64,000 nt of DNA. Source: an uncultured Candidatus Rokubacteria bacterium (lineage in GTDB: Bacteria > Methylomirabilota > Methylomirabilia > Rokubacteriales > CSP1-6). The notes under the pieces are model-generated. The model was not told where the DNA came from, ran no database searches, and saw only the letters and a list, made by a program, of their open reading frames with translations. The position numbers were made by a program, and so were the translations under genes. The stretch lies in the NCBI GenBank assembly GCA_963762145.1, contig CAVXJS010000009.1, positions 608,001-672,000 on the forward strand, written 5' to 3'. Shown in pieces: positions 1 through 9,439 of this stretch (the stretch's first letter is position 1; each line of letters starts with the position of its first letter).

Positions 1-636
1 GCCGAACAGCTCGGACTCGAGGAGGCCCTCGGGAATGGCCGCGCAGTTGACGGGCACGAACGGCCCGTCCTTCCGGGAGCTGAGGCGGTGGATCCCCCGC
101 GCCAGCACTTCCTTTCCGGTGCCGCTCTCGCCCAGGATCAGCACGGTGAGGTCGGTGGGGGCGGCGCGATGGGCCATCTCCACCACGCGGCGGAGCGCCT
201 CGCTCTGCCCGATCAGCCCCTCGACCCCGCTCGGCTGGCTCTCGCGCAGGACCTTGATCTGCTTCTGCAGCCGCCGCCGGTCGAGGGCGCGCGCGACGAC
301 GACCTGGAACTCGTCCATCTTGAGGGGCTTGGTGAAGAAGTCGTAGGCCCCGCGCGTGATCGCGTCCATCGCGGTCTGACGCGTGCCGTGCGCGGTCATG
401 ACGATGATGGGCGTGTCCGGCGCAAGCTCCCGGCACTTCGGGATCGCGTCGAGCCCGTCCATGTCGGGCAGCCGGACATCCAGGAGAATGAGGTCGTAGG
501 GGGTTGCCTTGAGCTTGTCGAGCAGGGCGCCCGCGGTGGGGGCGACCTCGGGCTCGTAGCGCTGGCGGCGCAGGGCCTCACGCAGAACGAACGCGAGATC
601 CTCGTCGTCCTCCGCGATGACGATGCGCTCGCTCAT
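1..636 (-). CDS. Sigma-54-dependent response regulator (NtrC/AtoC family), runs off the window edge
   Basis: Manual translation from ATG at 636: [14 protein letters not shown]...[11 protein letters not shown] (receiver), GESGTGKE (Walker A), [17 protein letters not shown]. Confidence 0.9.
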   Translation of the reverse strand, partial: MSERIVIAEDDEDLAFVLREALRRQRYEPEVAPTAGALLDKLKATPYDLILLDVRLPDMDGLDAIPKCRELAPDTPIIVMTAHGTRQTAMDAITRGAYDFFTKPLKMDEFQVVVARALDRRRLQKQIKVLRESQPSGVEGLIGQSEALRRVVEMAHRAAPTDLTVLILGESGTGKEVLARGIHRLSSRKDGPFVPVNCAAIPEGLLESELFG

Positions 637-658
637 GGCGCGAGGAACACCGGGAAGC

Positions 659-1069
659 TCAGAACATCCGCCGGGGGCCGAGCTGCGGGTCGAAGCTGCG
701 CCCGAGCCAGAGCGGCAGCGGTAACCCGGTGTCGAAGCCCCACGTGCTCCTCGGCTCGGTCCGGTAGGTCCAGCTCAGCCCGACGCGCACGAGCCCGCCC
801 TCCGCCGAGACCTTGATGCTGGCCGGATCCACCTGGATGCCCGCCCGGCGGGCGCTCATCAGCAGGCTGCTCCGCAGGTCGGTCAGGAACTCGGCCGAGT
901 ACAGGTCGGTGGCGCTGCGCTGCCGCTGCCGCTCCCAGGCGCCCGTGAACGCCTGCTCGGTCAGGTCGTTCGTCTGGAAGTAGGAGTAGATGGCCTGCAT
1001 GCCGTTGTAGCCGACCCACAGGAACAAGGCCACCCAGAAGGAGGCCAGGAGGATCGTGCGGACCCGCAT
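659..1069 (-). CDS. Hypothetical protein with N-terminal membrane anchor
   Basis: [23 protein letters not shown]...; start placed at ATG 1069 within ORF 659..1558. Confidence 0.65.
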   Translation of the reverse strand: MRVRTILLASFWVALFLWVGYNGMQAIYSYFQTNDLTEQAFTGAWERQRQRSATDLYSAEFLTDLRSSLLMSARRAGIQVDPASIKVSAEGGLVRVGLSWTYRTEPRSTWGFDTGLPLPLWLGRSFDPQLGPRRMF

Positions 1070-1130
1070 GTGACGAGTGTAGACGTTTCCCCACGGCGGC
1101 GGCAACTTCCCTTGTGCTAGGCTGGGCTCG

Positions 1131-3245
1131 GTGCGATCCCTCGCCGCCTCCTGGCGCGTCCTCCTCGCAGGGAGCCTGGCCGGCCTGGCCATCGTGGCGC
1201 TGGCCGCCGCCAATCCGCTGAGCTTCTTCGAGATCGCCGAGCTCAAGGCGCTCGACGCGCAGTTCACTCTGCGCGGGCCCCGCGAGCCGGAGTCGCCCAT
1301 CGTGGTGGTCACCATCGACGAGGACTCCTTCGACGGCCTCAACCTGGCCTGGCCGTGGCCGCGGGCGGTCCACGCCAAGTTCCTCGACATCGTGGGCCGC
1401 GGCGAGCCGGTGGCGATCGGCATGGATATCCTGTTCACCGAGCCGTCGTCCCGAGGCCCCGCGGACGACGCCGCGCTGGGCGCCGCAGTGGATCGGGTGC
1501 GCGATCGGATCGTGCTCGCGGCGGCCCTGACCACGGTGGGCGACGCCTCGTTCGTCAAGCAGGCGCTGAACCCGCCGATCCCCGAGATACGGGGCCGGGC
1601 CGCCTTCGGCTCCGCCGACTACGACTCCGACGCCGACGCCTTCGTCCGGCGCGCGACGCTCAAGCGGGACTTCCAGGACCGCGAGTGGGCGGGCTTCGAT
1701 CTCCTGATCTACCGTCTCGGGGAGCGCGCGGGGCTGGCGCGCGGGGCCGCGCCGGTGGGCAGCGAGCTGCTGATCAACTACCGCGGGGGCCCCAACACTT
1801 TCCCGATGATCGCCTATCACCGTGTGGTGACCGGGGAGATTCCGTCGGAGGTCTTCGCGGGAAAGGTGGTGCTGGTGGGCGCCACGACCCCGACCCTGCA
1901 CGACATCTTCCCCACCCCGTTCGCCTCGCAGGCGGGCATGTCGGGGGTCGAGATCCACGCCCAGACGCTCGAGACCCTGTTCCAGGGCATTCCGCTGCGC
2001 CGGGTGCCTCGCTTCCTGGTGCCGGTGCTGGCGGTTCTGGCCGCCGCCGCGGCGGCGTGGACGGCCACCGCGCTCCGGCCCCTGCCCGCCTTCGGCGTGG
2101 TCGGCCTGAGCGTCGGGAGCTATCTGGCGGCCAGCCACGGCGCGTTCGTGTGGGGCCGCTACTGGATGGAGGTGGTGCCGGTGCCGCTGGCGCTCCTGAT
2201 CACCTACGCGGGCACGGTGGCCAAGAACTTCACGCAGGAGCAGCGGGAGAAGCGGCGACTCTCACGCTTCTTCTCGCCCGACGTGGTGGCCGAGATCGTG
2301 CGGCACAAGGACGACGCCAAGCTCGCGGCCAACCGGCGGCGCATGACCGTGCTCTTCTCCGACATCCGCGGGTTCACCTCGATGTCGGAGAAGATGCAGC
2401 CGGAAGAGGTCGTCGCGTTCCTGCGCGAGTACCTCACCGTGATGACCGAGGCGGTGTTCAAGCACGGGGGCACCGTGGACAAGTACATCGGCGACGCCAT
2501 CATGGCGCTCTACAACGTGCCGTTCGAGGCGCCGGACCACGCGCTCCGCGCGGTGCGGACCGCGCTCGAGTTTCAGGAGCGCCTGCAACCGCTGGCCGAG
2601 CGCTTCGCGGCCAAGCACGGCGGCACGCTGGCCTGCGGGGTGGGCATCCATACCGGCGACGCCGTCGTGGGCACCATCGGCTCCGAGCAGCGTCTCGAGT
2701 ACACCGCGATCGGCGACACCATCAACCTGGGCTCGCGACTCGAGGGACTGACCAAGGAGTTCAGCGTGCCCATCATCATCAGCGAGGCCACCCACGCGGA
2801 GGTGCGCGAGCAGTTCGGGGTCCGCGACCTCGGCGAGGTCACGGTCAAGGGCAGGCTCATCCCGGTGAAGATCTACGCGGTGCTCGGCCCCCGGCTCCCG
2901 CAGGCGAGCGCGGTCGGGGCCGGCTCGGGCGCGGCCACGTTCAATTCCCGCTCCGCCCCCCGCCGCACGATGGAGGGCCAGGTGTCCATCTCCGACGGCG
3001 AGCTGACCGTGGTAGCCGAGGCGAGCGATCTGTCCCGCACCGGCATCGCGGTCCACGCGGTGCCCCGCCGGCTCGAGCCCGGAGAGATGGTGTCCCTGCA
3101 GATCACCTTCCGGGCTCACCCCGACGCGCTGCGCGTCGAGCGCGCCGAGGTGATGTGGGCCCGCAAGGACACGGCTGGCCTTCGCTTCCTGGACCTGTCC
3201 CCCGCCGCCCGCGCCACCCTGGAGACGCTCACCACCCACGCCTAG
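1131..3245 (+). CDS. CHASE2-domain class III adenylate cyclase with C-terminal PilZ domain
   Basis: CHASE2 (IVVVTIDEDS, WPWPRAVHA, GVEIHAQ), 3 TM helices, cyclase motifs TVLFSDIRGFT, VDKYIGDAIMA, EYTAIGDTINLGSRLE; PilZ RSAPR...DLSRTG. Confidence 0.9.
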   Translation: MRSLAASWRVLLAGSLAGLAIVALAAANPLSFFEIAELKALDAQFTLRGPREPESPIVVVTIDEDSFDGLNLAWPWPRAVHAKFLDIVGRGEPVAIGMDILFTEPSSRGPADDAALGAAVDRVRDRIVLAAALTTVGDASFVKQALNPPIPEIRGRAAFGSADYDSDADAFVRRATLKRDFQDREWAGFDLLIYRLGERAGLARGAAPVGSELLINYRGGPNTFPMIAYHRVVTGEIPSEVFAGKVVLVGATTPTLHDIFPTPFASQAGMSGVEIHAQTLETLFQGIPLRRVPRFLVPVLAVLAAAAAAWTATALRPLPAFGVVGLSVGSYLAASHGAFVWGRYWMEVVPVPLALLITYAGTVAKNFTQEQREKRRLSRFFSPDVVAEIVRHKDDAKLAANRRRMTVLFSDIRGFTSMSEKMQPEEVVAFLREYLTVMTEAVFKHGGTVDKYIGDAIMALYNVPFEAPDHALRAVRTALEFQERLQPLAERFAAKHGGTLACGVGIHTGDAVVGTIGSEQRLEYTAIGDTINLGSRLEGLTKEFSVPIIISEATHAEVREQFGVRDLGEVTVKGRLIPVKIYAVLGPRLPQASAVGAGSGAATFNSRSAPRRTMEGQVSISDGELTVVAEASDLSRTGIAVHAVPRRLEPGEMVSLQITFRAHPDALRVERAEVMWARKDTAGLRFLDLSPAARATLETLTTHA

Positions 3246-3291
3246 GCGCGCCGCGGAGCGGCGGCGCCCCGCGCCCCGCGACCGAGGGGAG

Positions 3292-3666
3292 CTACTCGCG
3301 GACCGCGGAGAGCTGGATGTTGATCGCCTGCTCGAGGTAGTCGAGGTTGAACGGCTTGGGGACGTAGTCTGCGGCGCCGAGCTGAAGCAGGTTCGTCGTC
3401 GTCTCGATGTCGTCGTTGACCGTGACCATGATCACCGGCAGCGAGGGCGATCGAGCGGCCAGGCGCTTGAGGGTCTCGAGGCCGTCCATCACCGGCATAT
3501 GCATGTCCAGCAGCACCACGTCGGGCAGGAAGGTGTCCACCGCCGCCAGGGCCAGCTTGCCGTTCTCGACGATGTGGACGTCGTAGCCACGGTGGGTCAG
3601 AAATTGCTCCATTAGCTGGCGCACTTCCGGCTCGTCGTCCACCACGAGGATCCGCTTCCCAGCCAT
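3292..3666 (-). CDS. Single-domain response regulator
   Basis: ILVVDDE...LLDMHMPVMDG...KPF. Confidence 0.9.
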   Translation of the reverse strand: MAGKRILVVDDEPEVRQLMEQFLTHRGYDVHIVENGKLALAAVDTFLPDVVLLDMHMPVMDGLETLKRLAARSPSLPVIMVTVNDDIETTTNLLQLGAADYVPKPFNLDYLEQAINIQLSAVRE

Positions 3667-3705
3667 GATCCGATACTACTCTCCAGCCGGATTTATCTCC
3701 AAGGC

Positions 3706-4593
3706 CTAGCGGATCTGGATGACCTCGTTGGGGACCCCCAGGCGGGCGACCTCACGGCTGGCTGCCTCGGCTTCGGGGCGCGAGGCGAAGTTGCCGTGCC
3801 GGAGAGTCACCTGCCCCGCCTGCGTGGACTCCGTGGCCACCCGCGCGTCGTAGCCGCCGGCCCGCAGCTTCTCGGCGAGCTGCACCGCGGTCCGCAGCGG
3901 CATGGGCGAGCCCACCCGCACCGTCACGCCGGTGCGCCCGACCACGAGTACGGCCGGCGGATGGCCTTCCTCCTGCAAACGCTCGACCGTGGCCTGGCCC
4001 TCCTCAGGGTCCTTCAAGGAGGACACCTGCACCGCGAAGAGCTTGGCCGGCGTCTGGAGCCGGAAGCGCACGGTGGAGAAGCCAGCCTGGTTCAGCTTGA
4101 CCTCCACGCGCTCGGCGTCCTCGGACAGGGGGAACGTGCCGAGCGCGAGCGCGTAACGAACCGGCGGCGGAGTGGTAGAGGCCGCGACCGTCTCGCGGGG
4201 CTCCTCGGCAGGCGCCGGGGCTGGCGCCTTGACGACCGGAGTGGGGACCGGCGCGACCGGCGTGGACGCGACCGGCGGAGGCGCGGGTGTCGGCGGAGGC
4301 GCGGCGGCCGGGGCCGGGGCCTCGGGCACAACCGGAACGATCACGGGCGGCGCCCCGGCCACGGGGGCGCTGCTGGCCGTCGCATCTGTGACCGGCGAGT
4401 GGGGCGCCGCGGACGCGGGGGGCGCGATGACCTCCTCCGCGGGGCGCGAAGCGGCCCAGAGCTGCAGCAGACGGTGGATGCCCCCGGTGGGCCCGGGCGA
4501 CAGGAAATGATCACCCCATCGCAGCAGGCCGACGAGTAGCAGCGCCAGCGCCGCGAGCAGCAGAACCCCCGGCCAGACGTGACGGTATCTCAC
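3706..4593 (-). CDS. SPOR domain-containing protein
   Basis: N-terminal TM, Pro/Ala linker, tandem SPOR-like repeats (YALALGTF, FAVQVSSL); GTG start at 4593 with AAGGA upstream. Confidence 0.7.
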   Translation of the reverse strand: MRYRHVWPGVLLLAALALLLVGLLRWGDHFLSPGPTGGIHRLLQLWAASRPAEEVIAPPASAAPHSPVTDATASSAPVAGAPPVIVPVVPEAPAPAAAPPPTPAPPPVASTPVAPVPTPVVKAPAPAPAEEPRETVAASTTPPPVRYALALGTFPLSEDAERVEVKLNQAGFSTVRFRLQTPAKLFAVQVSSLKDPEEGQATVERLQEEGHPPAVLVVGRTGVTVRVGSPMPLRTAVQLAEKLRAGGYDARVATESTQAGQVTLRHGNFASRPEAEAASREVARLGVPNEVIQIR

Positions 4594-4682
4594 GGGCTTC
4601 CTTGACAGTCCAAGACGGCAGTCGCTATCATCCGGTCGCCCCGCAGGTTCGCTGCCCCGGGGCCCACTGGTAGAGTACATAC

Positions 4683-5879
4683 ATGAGCCGCCGCCCGATA
4701 CTGATCGCCGTGGTCGCCATCCTCCTGGTTGCCGCGGGGGGTGGCGGGTACCTGCTGCGCGATCGCTTCGGCCGCAGCGTGGCCGCGCCGGTGCCCAGCA
4801 GCCCCCAGGCCGCCAGCGGCCTGGCGCTCGCCGAGTCGCTGCAGCTCGGATTCGTGGACGTGGCCCAGCACGTGCGACCCGCGGTCGTGCACCTGGGAAC
4901 GATCCAGCGGGCGAAGAACCGGCGTGGCCCCAACCTGCCGCAGGGCAACGACGATCCCTTCTTTCGGGACTTCTTCAATCAGTTCTTCGGCTCCGAAGGG
5001 CCCGACTCGCGCTCCGAGTTCCGTCGGCCCGGCCTGGGCTCGGGCGTCATCATCGACAAGCGGGGTCTCGTCCTCACCAACTTTCACGTCGTCAAGGGCG
5101 CCGACGAGATCCTGATCCGCATGTCCGACAAGCGAGAATACCGCGGACAGATCCTCGGCACCGACCCGAAAACGGACCTCGCGGTCGTCAAGTTCCAGCC
5201 GGACCACGAGATCACGGTGGCCAGCATGGGCAACTCGGACGCGCTCCGGGTCGGCGAGTGGGCCATCGCGATCGGCAACCCCTTCGGCCTGGATCAGACC
5301 GTCACGGTCGGGGTCATCAGCGCGACCGGGCGCTCGGACGTGGGCATCGCGACCTACGAGAACTTCATCCAGACCGACGCGTCCATCAATCCCGGCAACT
5401 CCGGCGGTCCCCTCGTCAATCTCAAGGGGCAAGTCATCGGGGTCAACACCGCCATCGTGGCCGCGGGCCAGGGCATCGGCTTCGCCATCCCCATCAACAT
5501 GGTGAAGCGCGTGGTCGACCAGCTCGTGGACAAGGGCAAGGTGGTGCGCGGCTGGCTCGGCGTGGCGCTCCAGCCGCTCTCGCCCGATCTCGCCCAGAGC
5601 CTGGGCCTGGGCGGCACCAACGGCGCGGTGGTGGGCTCCACGATCACCGGCAGCCCGGCGGCGCAGGCCGGCCTCCAGCAGGGCGACGTCATCGTCGCCT
5701 ACGACAGCACGCCGGTGGACGACTACCGGCATGTGCAGCGCCTGGTGGCGGAGACGCGCGTGGGCAAGAGCGTGACGCTGCAGATCGTGCGGAAGAAGCA
5801 GAAGATGGACGTGGCGGTCACCATCGCCGAGGTGCCGGACGAGACCGCCCGGCGTCCCGGCCCTCCTCCCAAGCCCTGA
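4683..5879 (+). CDS. HtrA/DegP/DegQ family serine endoprotease with one PDZ domain
   Basis: GLGSGVII, TNFHVV, DLAVVK, QTDASINPGNSGGPL, PDZ. Confidence 0.93.
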   Translation: MSRRPILIAVVAILLVAAGGGGYLLRDRFGRSVAAPVPSSPQAASGLALAESLQLGFVDVAQHVRPAVVHLGTIQRAKNRRGPNLPQGNDDPFFRDFFNQFFGSEGPDSRSEFRRPGLGSGVIIDKRGLVLTNFHVVKGADEILIRMSDKREYRGQILGTDPKTDLAVVKFQPDHEITVASMGNSDALRVGEWAIAIGNPFGLDQTVTVGVISATGRSDVGIATYENFIQTDASINPGNSGGPLVNLKGQVIGVNTAIVAAGQGIGFAIPINMVKRVVDQLVDKGKVVRGWLGVALQPLSPDLAQSLGLGGTNGAVVGSTITGSPAAQAGLQQGDVIVAYDSTPVDDYRHVQRLVAETRVGKSVTLQIVRKKQKMDVAVTIAEVPDETARRPGPPPKP

Positions 5880-5883
5880 CGCG

Positions 5884-6711
5884 CTACGCGACGAAGGGCG
5901 GGATCGGAGGCAGCTCCATCTGCCGCGCCTTCACCTCGGCCACCCCCTCGACCCCTCGGGCCACGTCCATCGCCTCGTCCATGACCGCGGTGCCCTCGAG
6001 GGTCACCACGCCGGCACGCGCCTCGACCGAGATGCGGTACTTGCGCGTCTCCGGATGCGTGGCCAGGGCCACCTGGACCCGTGAGGCGAGCGAACGGTCG
6101 GCCACGAGCTGCGAGCTCGCCGGTGTCGCGGCCAGCTCGGGCTGACCGACCACGCCCGCGAGCAGGCCGACCACCGCAGCGGTCAGCAGCTTCTCGGTGT
6201 TGACGACGAGATCGTAGAGCCCCGGATCGGTGATGCCGACCTCGTAGAGGTAGCGCATGCGTCCGGCCTTCTCGGCGTCGTCGCGGCGCACGAGCTCCGA
6301 GACGGTGCGCGGGTTGGTCTGCTCGCCCATCGGCCCGGCCAGCTTCTTGGCGAGCCGCTTGACCCGCACGTCGAACGGGGCCATCACCCGCACGCGCAGC
6401 ACGTGGGGGATCCCGCGCAGGAGCCACTGCCCGCCGCGCCCCATCAGCACCACGTTGTCCTTCTCCGCGAAGTCGTAGAGCGCGGTCTGGATCACCGTGA
6501 TGTAGCGGCGCGTCTCCGCGTCGAAGCGCTCGAAGAGCGAGGGCTTCGACTCATCGAGATGGGTGAGCTTCTCCTCGAGCAGCCCGTACTTCTGGGCCGC
6601 GTTGGAGACGAGGTCCTGGTCCACGTAGCGGTACCCGAGCCGGTCCGCCAGCTGCTGGCCGATCTCCGGTCCGCCCGCGCCGATCTCGTGAGAGATGGTG
6701 ATGATCGCCAT
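5884..6711 (-). CDS. Cytidylate kinase-like protein with C-terminal BON domain
   Basis: MAIITISHEIGAGG, VVLMGRGG; C-terminal ISVEARAGVVTLEG...ARGVEGVAEV. Confidence 0.8.
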   Translation of the reverse strand: MAIITISHEIGAGGPEIGQQLADRLGYRYVDQDLVSNAAQKYGLLEEKLTHLDESKPSLFERFDAETRRYITVIQTALYDFAEKDNVVLMGRGGQWLLRGIPHVLRVRVMAPFDVRVKRLAKKLAGPMGEQTNPRTVSELVRRDDAEKAGRMRYLYEVGITDPGLYDLVVNTEKLLTAAVVGLLAGVVGQPELAATPASSQLVADRSLASRVQVALATHPETRKYRISVEARAGVVTLEGTAVMDEAMDVARGVEGVAEVKARQMELPPIPPFVA

Positions 6712-6717
6712 GGCGTG

Positions 6718-6915
6718 TCACTCCTTCCGGTACTTCGCCTTCAGCGCGGCGGGGGCGATCGCGATGCGCTTGCCCCCGACGTCGTCGAGCACGTAGACCT
6801 CGTCGGCGAGGCTACCGCTGGCGAAGACCTCGAACACCTCGAGCGCTTCCTCGAGCGAGCTGCCGGCCGGCCGCTCGTCCATCATGCGCTCCACGTCCTC
6901 GCGCTTGAGCCGCAC
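6718..6915 (-). CDS. Small hypothetical protein
   Basis: 65-aa ORF directly upstream of and co-oriented with the kinase-like gene. Confidence 0.6.
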   Translation of the reverse strand: MRLKREDVERMMDERPAGSSLEEALEVFEVFASGSLADEVYVLDDVGGKRIAIAPAALKAKYRKE

Positions 6916-7039
6916 GATTCAGACCTGCCGGACGGTTCTCGCCATTGAAAGCTGGGCTACTTGAGTACCAGGAAACCCCGATCAAGACAAGGCCCCACCC
7001 GACCGGGCCCCCTGGTCCCCGCGGGCTCCCGATGGCAGG

Positions 7040-7705
7040 ATGGGGGCTGCCATGGCACGCGTCCAGGGGCGGCTCTCGCTGGTGGCGGTATCGACGGCGT
7101 TGGCGGCGGTGGCCTGGCTGGCGGGCTGCTCCCGCGCGGTCATGACTACCCCGCCCGTCCCCCCGGTCACGCAGAAGGAGGAGGTGGGAATGGCCTCCTG
7201 GTACGGTGAGGCCCACCACGGCCGCCGCACGGCCAGCGGCGAGGTGTTCGACATGCACCAGCTCACCGCCGCGCACCGCACGCTGCCCTTCGGCACGCGC
7301 CTCCAGGTCACCAACCGGGACACGAACCAGACCGCCGAGGTGCGGGTGAACGACCGCGGTCCCTTCGTGGAGGGCCGCATCCTCGACGTCTCCTACGCGG
7401 CCGGACGCCTCCTGGGGGCGGTGGGCCCGGGAGTCATCCCGGTCCGCGTGCGCGTGCTCTCGCTTCCCCCGCGCTCGTCCTCCGGAGACGGCGCGTTCAC
7501 GGTGCAGATCGGCTCCTTCACGACGCGCGCGCGCGCCGAAGCGCTCCGGGACGCGGTGGCGGGGGCGACCATCGTCGAGAGCGGAGTGGGAAGCGAGACC
7601 GTCTATCGCGTGCGCGTCGGTGCCTACCCTGATCGCGCGCGGGCGGGCGCGGCCGCCCGCGATCTCGCCACGCGCGGCTACCAGGCCCTCGTCGTCGGGC
7701 CGTAG
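7040..7705 (+). CDS. rlpA: Septal ring lytic transglycosylase RlpA family lipoprotein with SPOR domain
   Basis: Lipobox LAGC, GMASWYG, TASGEVFD, AAHRTLPFGT, VNDRGPF, C-terminal SPOR. Confidence 0.9.
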   Translation: MGAAMARVQGRLSLVAVSTALAAVAWLAGCSRAVMTTPPVPPVTQKEEVGMASWYGEAHHGRRTASGEVFDMHQLTAAHRTLPFGTRLQVTNRDTNQTAEVRVNDRGPFVEGRILDVSYAAGRLLGAVGPGVIPVRVRVLSLPPRSSSGDGAFTVQIGSFTTRARAEALRDAVAGATIVESGVGSETVYRVRVGAYPDRARAGAAARDLATRGYQALVVGP

Positions 7706-7712
7706 GAGCGGG

Positions 7713-8786
7713 TCAGCGCAGCACGGACTTCGAGGGCGGCGAGATGATGCGGTGGACCTCGATGGCCTCGGTGATGTTCTTCAGGCGCTCCTGCCCGACC
7801 CGCTCGAGGCGGTAGCGCCCTCCGAGGCGGCGCACCGTCTCCGGGCCGGCCAGGATCTCGCCGTCGCTCGCCGCCCCCGCGAGCCGCGCGGCCAGCGTGG
7901 TGACCATGCCGCTCGCGGTGAAGGTCCACCGCGTGCCCCGGCGGCCCTCGAAGCGCGTGGACCCGACGAGGGCCGGCCCCGAGTTGATCCCGATGTGGAT
8001 CGCGAGCGGATTGTCGACCTCCTTCTGGTTCAGCGCCTCGGTGAGCGCGAGCAGCATCAGCGCCGCGTTCACGGCCCGCACGCCGTGGGCGGTCGGATCG
8101 CCGTCCTGGAAGATGGCCATGAAGCCGTCGCCCGAGGTCTCGTTGATGTCGCCGCCCGCGTCGGTGATCCGATCCAGGAAGCTGCCGAAGTAGCGCTCGA
8201 CGAGGGCGTTGAGATCCACGGGGGAGACTCGCTCGGCCAGGCGGCTGTAGCCGCTGATGTCCACGAAGAGCACGGTGACGTCGAGCTCTTGCTTGGCCAG
8301 CCCGGGCGCGTCGGGATTGGCCGCGACCAGACGCTTGACCGCGTCGGGCACGAACTTGGCGAAGTGATCGCGGACGCGGGTGATCTCGCTCAGGCGCTGG
8401 TCCACGTCGCGCTTGCGGGCCACGACGGCCTGAACCCGGGCGATCAGCTCGCGCTCGTCCACCGGCTTGGTGAGCACGTCGTCGGCGCCGTGCTCGAGCA
8501 GCTTCACGCGATTCTCCACCCCCTGGAGCGCGGTCATGACGATCACCGGCACGAGCCGCGTGGCCTCGCGCTCCCGCAGCGCCCGGCAGACCGCGAAGCC
8601 GTCCATGATCGGCATCATCACGTCGAGGATGATCAGATCCGGCGGATCGTTGAGGGCCTTCTGGAGGGCTTCCTCTCCGTCGCCGGCGCCCGGCACCTCG
8701 TGGCCGAGCCGACGGAGGACGTACTGGACGTACTGGACGATTTCGGGCTCGTCGTCGACGACGAGCACCTTGAACGGGTGCGCCAT
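7713..8786 (-). CDS. Receiver domain fused to class III nucleotidyl cyclase
   Basis: Receiver (VLVVDDE, ILDVMMP, KP) plus TVLFVDISGYS, INETSGDGFMA, HIGINSG. Confidence 0.85.
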   Translation of the reverse strand: MAHPFKVLVVDDEPEIVQYVQYVLRRLGHEVPGAGDGEEALQKALNDPPDLIILDVMMPIMDGFAVCRALREREATRLVPVIVMTALQGVENRVKLLEHGADDVLTKPVDERELIARVQAVVARKRDVDQRLSEITRVRDHFAKFVPDAVKRLVAANPDAPGLAKQELDVTVLFVDISGYSRLAERVSPVDLNALVERYFGSFLDRITDAGGDINETSGDGFMAIFQDGDPTAHGVRAVNAALMLLALTEALNQKEVDNPLAIHIGINSGPALVGSTRFEGRRGTRWTFTASGMVTTLAARLAGAASDGEILAGPETVRRLGGRYRLERVGQERLKNITEAIEVHRIISPPSKSVLR

Positions 8787-8883
8787 CGGTCTAGCCGCGA
8801 GTCTAGCAGACAAACCACGGGGCCGGCCCCACCCTGGTCGCGGGTGGGCACCGGCCCCGTGATGAATGCGACGGAGCGCAGCG

Positions 8884-9375
8884 TTACGAGCGGGGTGCGG
8901 CCGGCGGGGGCTGGCGGAACGGAGTGTGGCAGCTTCCGCACGCCTGACGGCCGAAGTCCTTCACGAGATCCTGCGTGAGCTGCTCGTTCTTGGCCCGGGC
9001 CGCGTCGCGGAGCTTCTCGGACTGCACGCCGAGGTTCTTGGCCGCGGCCTCGAACTCGGGGAACTTCTGCCAGATCTCGGGCTTGGCCTTGGACTTGTCG
9101 GTGCCCGACCCCGCCGGGAACAGGGACGGGATCTGCTGCGAGTAGAGGGCGAGCGCCTCCGCGTTGACCGCGACGCCCTCGATGTTGCCGGCCTTGGCCT
9201 TGGCCTGGATATCCCCCCAGTTGGCGCCGACCGACTTCATGAGGCGCTGACGATCTGCGACCACGTCACCGCTCCCCATCTTCGACGCGGACTGGCTGGC
9301 GCATCCGGCCGAGACTGCGATGACCAAGCTGGCGGTGACGATCACGCTGGCGGTGAGTCTCAGTCGTCCGTTCAT
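8884..9375 (-). CDS. Cytochrome c' (class II cytochrome c)
   Basis: RQRLMK, SKAKPEIW, C-terminal CGSCH; signal/lipoprotein-like N-terminus. Confidence 0.88.
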   Translation of the reverse strand: MNGRLRLTASVIVTASLVIAVSAGCASQSASKMGSGDVVADRQRLMKSVGANWGDIQAKAKAGNIEGVAVNAEALALYSQQIPSLFPAGSGTDKSKAKPEIWQKFPEFEAAAKNLGVQSEKLRDAARAKNEQLTQDLVKDFGRQACGSCHTPFRQPPPAAPRS

Positions 9376-9439
9376 CGTGCCTCCTCTGGCGGATCGGGGC
9401 TCGCTTCCGCGGCTTGCCGTCCGGCTGGTGAAGGTTGAG

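Noticed and set aside
7713-8786. Pycsar-type defence system
   Set aside because: There is no adjacent cNMP-binding effector, the nearest cNMP-domain gene is ~27 kb away, and the receiver fusion points to ordinary signalling.
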